From: a bacterium
Lineage (GTDB): Bacteria; Patescibacteriota; Patescibacteriia; 2-01-FULL-39-33
Length of the DNA stretch: 64,000 nt
NCBI GenBank assembly: GCA_037130015.1
Contig: JBAXTU010000001.1
Location: 5,153 to 69,152, forward strand
Reading direction: 5' to 3'
The notes under the pieces were generated by a model. The model ran no database searches. It saw only the letters and a program-made list of their open reading frames with translations, and had not been told where the DNA came from. This document shows, piece by piece, positions 10,801 through 19,689 of the stretch. Position 1 is the first letter of the stretch. Each line of letters begins with the position of its first letter. The translations under genes were made by a program, and so were the position numbers.

Positions 10801-13800
10801 GGCATTGACGAGAAGACTCTTCAAATAGCTCCGGCTGGTGTTTATTATTATTTGGCTGATGAAGTTGAAAAAGCCAATGAAGGCAATGCTTGTAATGGTT
10901 CGGTTGATTTTGATAATGGTTGTATTTTAGTGAATAATCGCTCTAATATTAATTATTCTAGCTATTCAACTTCTACTAGATTCAAAGATTATTTGATTTA
11001 TGACACTGATAAAACCTATTTTAGCCAAATGCTAAATCCATCGCATCAAGCTCTGAGTCCGCAAATGGCTGATGACAGTGCTCAAAATAATTCTGACAGT
11101 ATTGTTAAGGTATCAAAAAATCGCCAATGTTCAAATTGGCTATATTGCAATACTTATCAAAAAAGCAATAACAGCGACATTAATCCAAGTTTTGGTAATA
11201 ATGACCACTGTCTGAGTATTGGCGCTTGTTCCTCGCTTGGTAGTAATGGTTCATGTAATCGGTCTGCTACTTTGGATAATTCAAGTTATTTTAGGGTTGG
11301 TAGAGATTCTAATAAGACTGGATATTCAATTTTAGGATTAGATGCCTCATCATCTTTTGGCTATATTGCTTTGTCAAAACTAAAACAGCAAGGAGCATCT
11401 ACTTTTGTTACAAACGGTGATTTTGAGCAATTGGCCAGTGAAATGACAACAGAGCCCATGGGTTGGTATCCATCAAATGGAAATTTGAAATGGGGAAGTG
11501 CACAATTTAGTATTGAAAGCGACCCCATGTATTTGCGCCAAGGCAATGGCTATCTTCGCTTGAATGGCATGTATATAGTAGATTCAGATGTTATTGATGT
11601 TCTTCCTGGTACAGAATATTATGTATCTGGCCTTATTAACACTCTTAATTTAAAGGGGAATGCCAATGTTGTTATTAAATACTTCAGTTATGATAAGGGA
11701 GGAGTGCAAGTGGTTAATGATAATAATTTAATTTCAATGAGTCCTGGTCAAGACTGGACAAAGTTTATAAAAAAAATAAACACAGTATCTGCTGTTTCTA
11801 TTGTTTTAAGAATACAGAATTTTGGTAGTAGTGTTGGTGGTTATTCCATGATTGATGCTATTGATATGAAGCCGGTTTTAGCTGATCCTGACGAAACCAA
11901 TGATTCAAATAAGCTTGTCAGAACTTGCCGTATTTATCCGAATGAAAATTCTCCGTCTTGCCAATATGTTGAAGGAAGTGTTTTTTATTATGGTCAATAT
12001 GGTTATTGTTTGGTGCCTGATCCTCTCAATCCAAGTGGTTGTCTGCAGTGGTGGCCAGTAGATGATATTAGAGGCGATGTGGCTGATGAAATTGGCTATA
12101 ATGAAGTAAGACCATTATATTATTGTGTAGAACGCAAAGTGTCAGACAAAGTGGCTTTTGGGGCTGGTGGAATTGTTAATGTTGATACCAAAAATTTACC
12201 AGAGAAAGGCAAGCAGTTTGCTCAGGTGATAGGAGTAAATAGCGCTGGCCAACAATTCAATACAGTAGATTTTTCTTCAATGGTTAGTAGTTATTTAAGG
12301 CCTCTTTTGCGTTATCCGTTTCTTCAGTCTGTCAGTTTTGCTGGTCTTTTTGGCGCTGTGGGAATGGACAAAAATTTATATCCTTTTCCTTTGCAAGCTG
12401 ATATGTATCCAGGCAAGGCCTGTCTTAATCCTGGTGGAATTTTTGGTCAAGCATTTTGTTTAGGAAGTGAGGAAGGAGGTCATTATACTTCTCTTACTAC
12501 CGGATCTTCTGGTGGAGGAACTTATTGTTCTATAATGTTTCCACATTGTAAAAGATGTTATATTGCTCCAACAGAGACTATTTTAACCGAGGACCCAACT
12601 TGTACTCCAGTATCAGAGACATCAGGCGAATGTGCAAATTGTGATTTGTCCAATCATCTCTCTTATAATTCAGCCGCCATTTGTGAAGAAACAGATAAAT
12701 ATAAAGAATGTGCGGCAAGTACAACAGCAATAATTGTACCTCCAACTCCTGATACTGATTGGTTGACTCTAATAAGTAATAGTTTAGGCAATATTATTAA
12801 TGGTATTGTTGATGTAGTTAACTTTAAGACTGGTATAGGAAAAGGTTCTGATGAATGGGGTGGTTGGGGAGTATTTGGTACGGCTTTTGGTGGTAATTCT
12901 GGAAAAGTACCCATTGGTGTTCCCATGAATTTTCATGCGGCCGCCGGTTTTAGTGTGACCGGAATGAATATAGCTGCTGGTGTGGCAAAGGCGGCTGGAA
13001 AAGTTGAAGTGTTTGGTTTTAAGCTTGGAGAGATTACAGATATGTTTCAGGGGTTCCATATGTTTGGTATGAAAGTGGTGACAGATGAAGATGCTGATTA
13101 TGCTAGTAAATTTACTGATCCTATACCTGGCATAAAAGGTGATGTTTTGGGTATAGTGTGGTTTTTGACCCAATCAGATGTGTATGGATCAGGAGTGGTT
13201 GGTTCTTTTACTTTGAATATGAAGGTGCCATATTGTTCAAAAATTGTGCGAGTGGTGACGGCTGGTGGCAAAAATAAAGCTTGGTTTAGTAGAGTACAAA
13301 AAGGGTCATCATATGTATCAACTGATAAAGATTGTTATAATCCTGCCACCAATAGGTATGAGATTGTATGTCTTAATCAACTTTTGAATCACCCAACAGA
13401 TTTGCCAGTAGGTCAATCTGATATTAAGTATGAATCTGATGCTCAAATTTTTGGAGCAGTTGTGCCATCTGGCATTTCTCAAAACCCACGATGGTGGAGT
13501 AGTCAAGGAGGATTTCCTTTATTTTATCAATTGCAGGACACTACTTTATCTTTTCCATATCAGCCACGTATGGGGCAACTACACACTGCTAGTGATCCAG
13601 AAAAAGGATTACAACAGTTATTTGCTAGAAGCTATGGTACATGGAAGTGGTTTTGGAATAAAAATGATTGTAATACTACTAATAAGCCTGATAACTCATG
13701 CTTTGATGCGGGCGGTTATTATATAGCTGATAATACTTCAGGCGCTGTCAATTGGAATTTGCCTACTAATCTTTGTGGTAGTGACGAACGGCCCACAGTA

Positions 13801-14211
13801 GGAACAACTTTTTGCTTGGTTAAGCCAAAAATTGATAATGTTAAAATAAATGATGATGATAGTGATATGCCACTTACGATTCATGGTCGCGGTTCAGTAA
13901 AATTATCTTTTAATGTTTTGGTGGAAAAAGATCAACTGCCGCTAAGTTCTTATGTTATTAATTGGGGAGATGAGGGAGGTGGAGAAAGCGGAATAGAGAT
14001 TTCCGGCGCCTCTTTGCGCAGTCGTAATGCCACCAGTTCCGAGGCTAATAATCAATTTGTTTTTTATCATAATTATGATTTTTGGCAAATGCAACAGCTT
14101 GGTGCTAGTTGCAGTGCTTTAAGTTGTTCTGCTGAAATAACAATTAATGCGACTGATAATTGGGGAGCTGTTGGTACTGGTAAGCCTATGAGAATTAATG
14201 TTTTACCTTAA
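4900..14211 (+). CDS. Giant secreted cysteine-rich surface protein (3103 aa) with CBM4/9-like and PKD-like domains
   Basis: Signal peptide (…PVLA|Q); recurrent C-x4-GC-x2-[YF] units; NLIPNSGFN, LNTDFES and VTNGDFE CBM-like starts; C-terminal INWGD. Confidence 0.75.
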   Translation: MLNKLFSFIKNQSFKQLIAGFLLFLVMFFVPMMPVLAQSAVAITATQRAYDAALLDTAVKYGLVTMGLNAAYKICMNNDKGAKPDQPGPVKPESNTSGEDGSGFNYDDPYASAIPLEPTPAMNTDIQNLTNCMAESLKGNAVFTRAQIEADIKIRQSQTNESGMDKIFKDVFAAAWKNMWSQFSKRIAYDTASWLASGGKGQQPLFVTQGFGPYMLGVADESVGAFIDTIDKQYGVNLCAPNLQIQLLFKLGLNPNVPPVQCRFSKMITNWGSAINDASFTVNYNAYLSPSENDFGVFLKLQTGVIDEKNWALFQAALKLNTDNGWQDVQNFAKKILTPGSMVKELAMNSGGADINKFMEEQKVFTGTVVDFINTFAQTLVFKLFSNLQNGYFSNNSDSSSGNSLAGLNLTDLSGLFNSQSQPFIEGKAGAAGRLTGIFQAQDSAANPGPYDIINKLIFCSDTARKNPGPTDCVIDESFASGIRNRVFVKDLPDSIKKRRFAPSANDVTNPQLAFTWRNIEILRKYRIVPDGWDVAAQYLAKATGTYVTLNDLISCFDPNDNYTDYFAPWCEGMIDPFWILKASELFCRRQGYGATNLFFDAQDGTIQRNKYCSDEQQCIKEDYQGNCLAYGYCTEERRNWDFNATPCEPKYNTCQTVTSRLGGTNSYLKNTLDFRYCNAQNAGCRWYSATLNPVSNDWMHETSYYPSSDASSTLALTKCGEYGGCDVKGTGEQVGAWRSISPDYKVILGSPCLDTNNCKFTADDKCTIPYGGIKCLTGSSTWLTLGTSTMPGAETIYFNRQVQACDGSESGCSQFIRAVPGVGSNLIPNSGFNIDENNNNKPDGWEKGAHASHMTSTNGQVLVDYDAETIYATVISVKPNTRYVLSVYAAQTSTVSTSEARIETQLFESNDANISHNNVTGYGLKSIATNCTVSAGGNNYFGAEAKTTELIFKPAGTDPERSSCWFETPATAGQIGIKMFANDLLVPTGKQILISDIQLEEVAYGVEYPSSYTDYAPSQRPSNQLGYVKKAPDYYRCYTTSTFSAWPLNRNQLEKVLQQRRPECSAYAGVCIPEEVGCEAFTPVNKDPMVPGVATKADLCPAECLNYQTYRQSETSFLSPDERQFIANSNLKTCSASVAGCDEFTNIDEATRGGESREYYSKLKFCQKPASDDSDYFTWEGSDTTGYQLKSYRLKHSQTSSVDPTAPCTVLTYPTGSGGANACKDLITDGDARIALPSPLAGPVVKAGRLKDYLTHLNNDVITTSTDLNPLITTELHKYGLCAKQEVKGYYYFSDNGTPATTTDDSLVYTPINPDCREFYDDMGNVSYRLLYQTIMSTNNCYAYRRTQTQYSFLDAQNDCDNYQGYWDTTNNVCIYMAVPKGGRVCSATAVGCREYIGNRGNNVQNVLNTDFESGADSWQYGTLSAAATYPGGSSFSNKAASGQNFGQVIRNIYLSNNRSYTLSFWVRGGDIDGDFSLDSVRLLATSSMSGTNDYHSFFAVSSTQASEAGLSSQGVSSTLAVVEVNDQWRRYELGPVYVDWGGNQEYFSNTLELNIPTGKTIFIDNVILKEVNQNIYAIDNSWVTPFSCDNKIETPYGSSSTNPSFVYDSYNAVRDYPGEMVGCSAYRDRKNVVWNLKSFERLCRPDAIGCEALIDTYNSDSPFGITYNVGDQKGAEVKVPADSQIYMVNDKPFECKAENMGCGAYGLPNMTRYDETVGYNTIFLKNQPDRYNSDLCKSNELWCEQFQEQSKSVNSSFVYFKDPRGKLCQYSIAGTSIDGLSNLGQWYEVNASTTCAVDYYQTIGVGNREEKKQPVGWWENDPANSNFGGESTRYATGWAGLCPPTQSSCTEYIDPLGQFYGNMIDTRLVSVEHKMSIALDADVLYVVSAKTVEYSAGTTTPNISVYCPGSKILSPDLSMQSPTGVGESISLDRNQFTTKEQVSGRFYLISTNNYTSFNCTVSYSPGIDEKTLQIAPAGVYYYLADEVEKANEGNACNGSVDFDNGCILVNNRSNINYSSYSTSTRFKDYLIYDTDKTYFSQMLNPSHQALSPQMADDSAQNNSDSIVKVSKNRQCSNWLYCNTYQKSNNSDINPSFGNNDHCLSIGACSSLGSNGSCNRSATLDNSSYFRVGRDSNKTGYSILGLDASSSFGYIALSKLKQQGASTFVTNGDFEQLASEMTTEPMGWYPSNGNLKWGSAQFSIESDPMYLRQGNGYLRLNGMYIVDSDVIDVLPGTEYYVSGLINTLNLKGNANVVIKYFSYDKGGVQVVNDNNLISMSPGQDWTKFIKKINTVSAVSIVLRIQNFGSSVGGYSMIDAIDMKPVLADPDETNDSNKLVRTCRIYPNENSPSCQYVEGSVFYYGQYGYCLVPDPLNPSGCLQWWPVDDIRGDVADEIGYNEVRPLYYCVERKVSDKVAFGAGGIVNVDTKNLPEKGKQFAQVIGVNSAGQQFNTVDFSSMVSSYLRPLLRYPFLQSVSFAGLFGAVGMDKNLYPFPLQADMYPGKACLNPGGIFGQAFCLGSEEGGHYTSLTTGSSGGGTYCSIMFPHCKRCYIAPTETILTEDPTCTPVSETSGECANCDLSNHLSYNSAAICEETDKYKECAASTTAIIVPPTPDTDWLTLISNSLGNIINGIVDVVNFKTGIGKGSDEWGGWGVFGTAFGGNSGKVPIGVPMNFHAAAGFSVTGMNIAAGVAKAAGKVEVFGFKLGEITDMFQGFHMFGMKVVTDEDADYASKFTDPIPGIKGDVLGIVWFLTQSDVYGSGVVGSFTLNMKVPYCSKIVRVVTAGGKNKAWFSRVQKGSSYVSTDKDCYNPATNRYEIVCLNQLLNHPTDLPVGQSDIKYESDAQIFGAVVPSGISQNPRWWSSQGGFPLFYQLQDTTLSFPYQPRMGQLHTASDPEKGLQQLFARSYGTWKWFWNKNDCNTTNKPDNSCFDAGGYYIADNTSGAVNWNLPTNLCGSDERPTVGTTFCLVKPKIDNVKINDDDSDMPLTIHGRGSVKLSFNVLVEKDQLPLSSYVINWGDEGGGESGIEISGASLRSRNATSSEANNQFVFYHNYDFWQMQQLGASCSALSCSAEITINATDNWGAVGTGKPMRINVLP

Positions 14212-14242
14212 TAATTTTTAGTTGGCGTAGAGTGTCAAAAAA

Positions 14243-14251
14243 TGTTAAAAT
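14243..14251 (+). promoter_or_regulatory. Probable extended -10 promoter (TGtTAAAAT) for the T4SS-like cluster
   Basis: TGTTAAAATATAA; the same 13-mer occurs at 50973 before pilM. Confidence 0.4.
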
Positions 14252-14276
14252 ATAAGAGTCAAAAAAACAATAATCC

Positions 14277-17087
14277 ATGCTTACACTCCGAAAAAAAATA
14301 TTTTTTTCGCTTAGCCTGTCACTGATTGTGATGGGTGGTGTTTTGGCGCCCATAAAGCCCAATGTTAATGTTTTTGACGGGCAGGTTGGTTTTTTGAAGA
14401 GTAATGTGGTGGTGGCGGATGGTGTTAATGATAACAAACCAGATTCAGGTGGAGTCGTCTCTAATTTTATTGGTTGGGTCTTATATTATGTGGCCACTTG
14501 TTTTGCTAAGCTGGCTGGGCTACTTATTCAAGTTATGGTAAATGTAGCGCAAAAAAATGATTTTTTGACCCAACCGATTGTGCTTAATGGCTGGCGTATT
14601 GTGCGTGATATTTGCAATAATTTTTTTATCATTATTTTGCTAGCCATTGCTATTGGCACAATTTTTCGCGTTTCAGCTTATCATTACAAACAGCTTTTGC
14701 CAAAATTACTGATTATGGCGGTCTTGATTAATTTTTCCAAAATGATTGCCGGCATTATGATTGATTTTTCACAAATGATCATGATGTTTTTTGTGTCTCC
14801 TTTTGCTGGTGATACTGGCCCTAGCATTATTTTGGGCAGTGTTGGTTTACATAAATTATATCAACTTGAACAAGCAGGACAAGCAAGCAGCGCAGACATA
14901 GGTAATTTAAGTTGGCAAATTATTTTTGGTTTGTTTTTTGCTATTATTTTAGCAGTAATTGCTTGCGTAGTGGTGGCTTGTATTACTATTATTCTTGTTT
15001 ATCGTATTGTTATGCTGTGGTTTTTGGTTATTTTGTCGCCAGCGCCATATTTGTTGGCCACTTTTCCCAAAGGCGAAAGCTATGCCAGTATGTGGTGGAG
15101 TGAGATTACCAAATATTTAGTGGTTGGTCCTGTCATGATGTTTTTTTTGTATCTATCTTTTTTTAGTGGTTATAGAGATGCGTCAGGCATTGATGATCAC
15201 ACAGCGTCAGCGTTAGTGGGCAGCACCCCAAGCGCTGTAGGAACATCTTTCGGCACTACCAATACAGCAGACACAGCAGTAAAGTCATCAATGATGCAAC
15301 CAGCAAATATATTTGATTTTATGATTATTATCGGATTAATGATTGGTAGTTTGGTGGCTGGACAAAAAACTGGCGTGGCTGGCGCTTCTTGGGCTGGCAA
15401 GGGAATTGGGTTGATACGTAGTACAGCCAATAAAGGAGCTAGTAAAGCCTTTGGCGGTTTGGTTTATAAAAAAGATAAAAATGGAAATAGAAGCGGTTTG
15501 GCTTTTAGAGCAGCCAGAAGCACGGTTGGCGCGGCCGGGGCCGGATTGGCTGTTCTTAGTAGTAAGGCAGGAAAAGCCAGTGGCATGGTAGATACCGGAG
15601 TTAAAGGCGCTGGCGTGGTTGGTGCTGCAGCCACAGCCGGAGCGCTTGGCTTAGGTGCGGTGGGTGCAGCACCACTCGCTATGGCCGCTGCAGTTGGTTA
15701 TGGTGGGTATAGAGGTATTAAAGCTTTAGCGCAAAGAATGACTAAAACTGGTCGTGAAAGCAGAAAAATGCGTCAGGATCTTATTAATGGAAGCTATGAA
15801 ACTGAGGATTATGTGCAGGCCAAAGATGAAGCCGGCAATCTTATTCCTGATAAATATGAAAAACAGAAAAGAAAGTTTAAAAAACATGAAAGTGGCATCT
15901 TTATGGAGATCAATGATAAAGGTGAGTTTATAGATAAAAAAGGAGAATTAATTGAATATAAAGAAAATTCTCAAGGCGAAAAAGAATGGGTGGATAAAAT
16001 AGGAAGCCCGGTGGATATATCGCATTTGGGCAATGCTCAAAAACATGATGCCAGTGGCAATGAAATTGGAGATTTAAAACCATCAAACAGAGTTTATTCG
16101 GCAGTCACCAAAGACGGTAAAATCAGTGAAAATTGGGAAACTTATATGGGTACATATTATGGCTCAGGAGCTGGCAAGGCCGCAGCAGCTAGAGATTCAG
16201 CCGAAGCTGATAAGATTTCAAAATTGGCCAATGATTATGGACACCTCAATGAAAGTATTTTACAAAAATTATTGACTACGGAAATAGATCAAGGCAAGAA
16301 AATGGCTATTGCTATGACTTTGGCTATCAAGGATGGATTTAAAGGTATGAATCTTAAAAATGGCCAAGATAAAGTAAAAGAAGCTAAAGCAGTTCTTGGC
16401 AGTAATGATGTTTTAATTAAAAAATTTAATGATGAAGTGGACAAAAAATTTGCTCATTTTAATTATAATCTAAACACGGCTAGTGGCCGAGCCACTTTTG
16501 GCAAACGCCGTGATGCTGGCAAAATTAATGATGTTATGGATTCGTCGGCTTACAAAGATCCTGGAGTATTAAAATCTTTGCAGGAAAATATGACCAGTGA
16601 AGAATATATTACACATATGAAGAAAGTTAAGAATTCTTCCAAAAATCATGAAAAATCTTTATTAACAGGCTTAGATGAAATGATAAAACAAGATGGCAGT
16701 ATTGTTGATACTAAAGATAAGGATAAAATGTCTGTTTCTCGTCGTGCTATGGCAATGATCTCTGGAGATTTAGCTAAAGCTATGCAGGGAGTTGATTTGG
16801 GTAATACGTCTCAGCTTGCTGAATCTAAAACAGCTATGAATGATTTCTTTAGTCGAGCTTCCAATAGGGAAATTGCTAATATTGATAATGATATATTTAC
16901 AGAATCAGAGGTTCAGAAAAAAATGGGTACAGGAACTACTACCCCCACTCATGCACATACCTTTATTAATAATGTTTTGCATGTAGCTGTTAATGATAAT
17001 ATGAATCAAAATGATGTTGAAAATGTTAGACGACAAGGAGGTTCTAATATCTTGGCTAGAAATTTAGCTATTCATGCAAAACCATAA
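14277..17087 (+). CDS. VirB6/TrbL-like polytopic membrane protein with long C-terminal extension
   Basis: GWRIVRDICN, LLIMAVLINFS and RIVMLWFLVILSP motifs; multiple TMs; Gly/Ala-rich segment; adjacent to prgI/virB4. Confidence 0.7.
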   Translation: MLTLRKKIFFSLSLSLIVMGGVLAPIKPNVNVFDGQVGFLKSNVVVADGVNDNKPDSGGVVSNFIGWVLYYVATCFAKLAGLLIQVMVNVAQKNDFLTQPIVLNGWRIVRDICNNFFIIILLAIAIGTIFRVSAYHYKQLLPKLLIMAVLINFSKMIAGIMIDFSQMIMMFFVSPFAGDTGPSIILGSVGLHKLYQLEQAGQASSADIGNLSWQIIFGLFFAIILAVIACVVVACITIILVYRIVMLWFLVILSPAPYLLATFPKGESYASMWWSEITKYLVVGPVMMFFLYLSFFSGYRDASGIDDHTASALVGSTPSAVGTSFGTTNTADTAVKSSMMQPANIFDFMIIIGLMIGSLVAGQKTGVAGASWAGKGIGLIRSTANKGASKAFGGLVYKKDKNGNRSGLAFRAARSTVGAAGAGLAVLSSKAGKASGMVDTGVKGAGVVGAAATAGALGLGAVGAAPLAMAAAVGYGGYRGIKALAQRMTKTGRESRKMRQDLINGSYETEDYVQAKDEAGNLIPDKYEKQKRKFKKHESGIFMEINDKGEFIDKKGELIEYKENSQGEKEWVDKIGSPVDISHLGNAQKHDASGNEIGDLKPSNRVYSAVTKDGKISENWETYMGTYYGSGAGKAAAARDSAEADKISKLANDYGHLNESILQKLLTTEIDQGKKMAIAMTLAIKDGFKGMNLKNGQDKVKEAKAVLGSNDVLIKKFNDEVDKKFAHFNYNLNTASGRATFGKRRDAGKINDVMDSSAYKDPGVLKSLQENMTSEEYITHMKKVKNSSKNHEKSLLTGLDEMIKQDGSIVDTKDKDKMSVSRRAMAMISGDLAKAMQGVDLGNTSQLAESKTAMNDFFSRASNREIANIDNDIFTESEVQKKMGTGTTTPTHAHTFINNVLHVAVNDNMNQNDVENVRRQGGSNILARNLAIHAKP

Positions 17088-17102
17088 TAAATAGAAATTA
17101 AA

Positions 17103-18191
17103 ATGATTCAAAATTTTAAACAAAAATTCAATCAGTTGCCAAAAAATATTCAGGCTTTGTTGTCCCTTGATTATGGACGCAAGCTTAATATTTATTTGAT
17201 TGACAAATATAAGCTAAAAACAATTGATGACAAGGAGTCGTTGCACAATGTAGTGGATATGGTTTTTTTAGGCGAGATTAAAATTATTGATTTGCCAAAG
17301 TTTTTAGCTGATAATTTTAGTCTTAATTTGGAATTGGCCAAAAAATTAGCCGTTGATATTGTGGGACTAAGATGTTTGTCTGCCGGTGATTTTTTTGCCG
17401 GACAAGCCAAAAAGTTTATTTTGGATAATGGCGGACACCTAGAAGATTATGATAGATATATTTCTGACACTCAAAAAGCTTTAAAAATTGAAGCGACTGG
17501 CGGGGAAGTTGATTTGCCAGAAACACCAAGAAAAATTATTCCCGAGACTATTGAATTCCAAGATTTGCCACCAGCTCATGAAAAGAAAGGCATGTTGGAA
17601 GTATTTAAAAAAGGCGTAGTTGATTTTTTTGAAGTTGATTCGCCAGAAGTGTTGGAAATGATGGAAGATCTGAATAGGGAATTGGCCTTGATGCTTTTGG
17701 AAGATCAAGTTTTTAAACGCGAGCTGGAAGAAGCGCTTTATCTCAATGCTGATATTTTGACTACTAGCAGTTTATATTTGGAAGGCAAGCCGGTTCCGGG
17801 CACAGCCAGTAATTGGCTCAAGGATTTTTTGAAAAAAAGTGGTACGAGTTTTTTTGATAATGTGGTGCTGTCTGGCTATGTGGCCAATTCGGAAAATGCC
17901 AAAAAATTAGCAGATCATGACAAAAATAAATTAGCAAAACTGCTCACCTTGTATCGTAATATCAAATTTTTTCCAGGTTCCATGGGTAATGTGCCACCGG
18001 ACAATTGGCAAGTAATTCCGCTGGGTCGTCCGCGAGCAGAAGAAAAAAATGTTAGTGCTATGCCGTCAAAAAAAATTGCCAGCAATCCTTTGAAAAATTA
18101 TGATTTAAAAAATATGACACCGCTAGAAATCAGCGCTTTGCAAGAACAGTATGATATTTCAGATGAAGAAATTGAAAAGATGAAAAAATAA
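17103..18191 (+). CDS. Hypothetical cytoplasmic protein (N-terminal domain paralogous to next gene)
   Basis: 362-aa ORF in the operon; begins QKFNQLP. Confidence 0.7.
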   Translation: MIQNFKQKFNQLPKNIQALLSLDYGRKLNIYLIDKYKLKTIDDKESLHNVVDMVFLGEIKIIDLPKFLADNFSLNLELAKKLAVDIVGLRCLSAGDFFAGQAKKFILDNGGHLEDYDRYISDTQKALKIEATGGEVDLPETPRKIIPETIEFQDLPPAHEKKGMLEVFKKGVVDFFEVDSPEVLEMMEDLNRELALMLLEDQVFKRELEEALYLNADILTTSSLYLEGKPVPGTASNWLKDFLKKSGTSFFDNVVLSGYVANSENAKKLADHDKNKLAKLLTLYRNIKFFPGSMGNVPPDNWQVIPLGRPRAEEKNVSAMPSKKIASNPLKNYDLKNMTPLEISALQEQYDISDEEIEKMKK

Positions 18192-18196
18192 TATTT

Positions 18197-19666
18197 ATGC
18201 CAGAACAAAGTTTGCAAAAATTTAATCAATTGCCGGCGGAAATACGGAATAAACTATCTTCTCCGTCTATGTTGGCTGTGGTCAAGCAATTGGAAGTGCA
18301 ATATGGCGTCAAATTAAATTTGGCTTTTTTGAAGTTGGCAGTTGGCGATTTGCGTCCCGGAGAATTCAATGATTATTTGCGTGAAAAATTTAATTTGAAT
18401 AAAGATGTATCTGATATAATACGAGAACGACTTTCTAGGTTGTTGGTTGGAGTTGGTTTGACGCCGGTAGTAGCTGGAGTCAGTGGGGAGACTTCAAAAA
18501 ATCGTAGCGGTGAAGCTGGTTTTTCTTTTTCCATAGAAGATGACGCCGATGTCAGCCGTTTTAAGGATTTGGAATCAACAGAAATTAAAATTAAAAATTA
18601 TGAAGCATTGGCTGAAAATGTTATTGCCGAATTTGGTTATAAAAATAAAGATGAATCTTTACGTACTAGATTAAAAAATTTGATCATGTCCAGGCTCAAA
18701 GATGTGCGTGATGAATTTGAACTCATAGAACATTTGAAAAAAAATAAAGAAGTGGGTGGCATGGAATTGGGCGAAGAAGAAATAGATAAATTATTAAAAT
18801 TAATTCGCCAAAGTCCTGACAAAAAAATTTCTGATCAAGTGATTTTACCAACGACTGAAACCAAAGTTGAAACAAAAATAGAATTTCCGGTCAAGAAAGT
18901 TGAACCGATTAAGACGCCAGCTATTACTTTGCAGGCAAAAAAACAAACAGAAACCCAACAGTATCAGTCGCCTAAAAATTTATCAGCAAAACCAGTTGAA
19001 ATAAAATCAACTCAGGAAAATACTCCCAGCATAGAAATGGAAGATGGTTTGCCAGTGCTCAAAATGCCGGAAGAATTGATGATTCCTCCACATGAATTGG
19101 ATTTGAAAAAAAGCCAGTCTCTAAGTGAAGATAAACCGATTGAAAAAAAACCTGATTATCAAAAAAAACCAGAGCCGACACTGCACGCCAAGCAATTGCC
19201 AGTGATTAATAATAACGCCAAACAACCACCGGTTATGATGGCGCAACCGGTGCCATATTTGGCAAAAAAATCAATGCCACCGAAATTATCAAAAATTAGT
19301 AGTAGTCGTCCGTCGCTTGATGATGTGAAATTTACTCCCAAGCTACAAGGCCCAATTGAAGAACTGAACAATATGACGCTAATTGATTGGCGACGATTGG
19401 GAGAAAAAACTGAAAGCCGAATAGCCAAGATAAAAGAAAAATTAAATTTATTGGAAAAAGATTCTTATGGCCGACGTTTGCAGGGAATAGAAGCTTGGAA
19501 TAAAAATGAAATTAATAAATTTTATCGTTTGCTTGGCCAGGAAAGTTTGGTGAGCGGTCAAGAAGTGGAAAGTATTATTAAGGAGCGTTTAGAAAAAGGT
19601 TTGCCCACGCTTACTCTAGAAGAATTTCATTCGGTAATGGAGCTTAATCGTGATTTAAGATATTAG
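18197..19666 (+). CDS. Hypothetical protein with Pro/Lys-rich linker
   Basis: 489-aa ORF in the operon; begins QKFNQLP; globular-looking C-terminal domain (GPIEEL…). Confidence 0.7.
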   Translation: MPEQSLQKFNQLPAEIRNKLSSPSMLAVVKQLEVQYGVKLNLAFLKLAVGDLRPGEFNDYLREKFNLNKDVSDIIRERLSRLLVGVGLTPVVAGVSGETSKNRSGEAGFSFSIEDDADVSRFKDLESTEIKIKNYEALAENVIAEFGYKNKDESLRTRLKNLIMSRLKDVRDEFELIEHLKKNKEVGGMELGEEEIDKLLKLIRQSPDKKISDQVILPTTETKVETKIEFPVKKVEPIKTPAITLQAKKQTETQQYQSPKNLSAKPVEIKSTQENTPSIEMEDGLPVLKMPEELMIPPHELDLKKSQSLSEDKPIEKKPDYQKKPEPTLHAKQLPVINNNAKQPPVMMAQPVPYLAKKSMPPKLSKISSSRPSLDDVKFTPKLQGPIEELNNMTLIDWRRLGEKTESRIAKIKEKLNLLEKDSYGRRLQGIEAWNKNEINKFYRLLGQESLVSGQEVESIIKERLEKGLPTLTLEEFHSVMELNRDLRY

Positions 19667-19689
19667 TTTATAAATATTAAATAGAAAAA

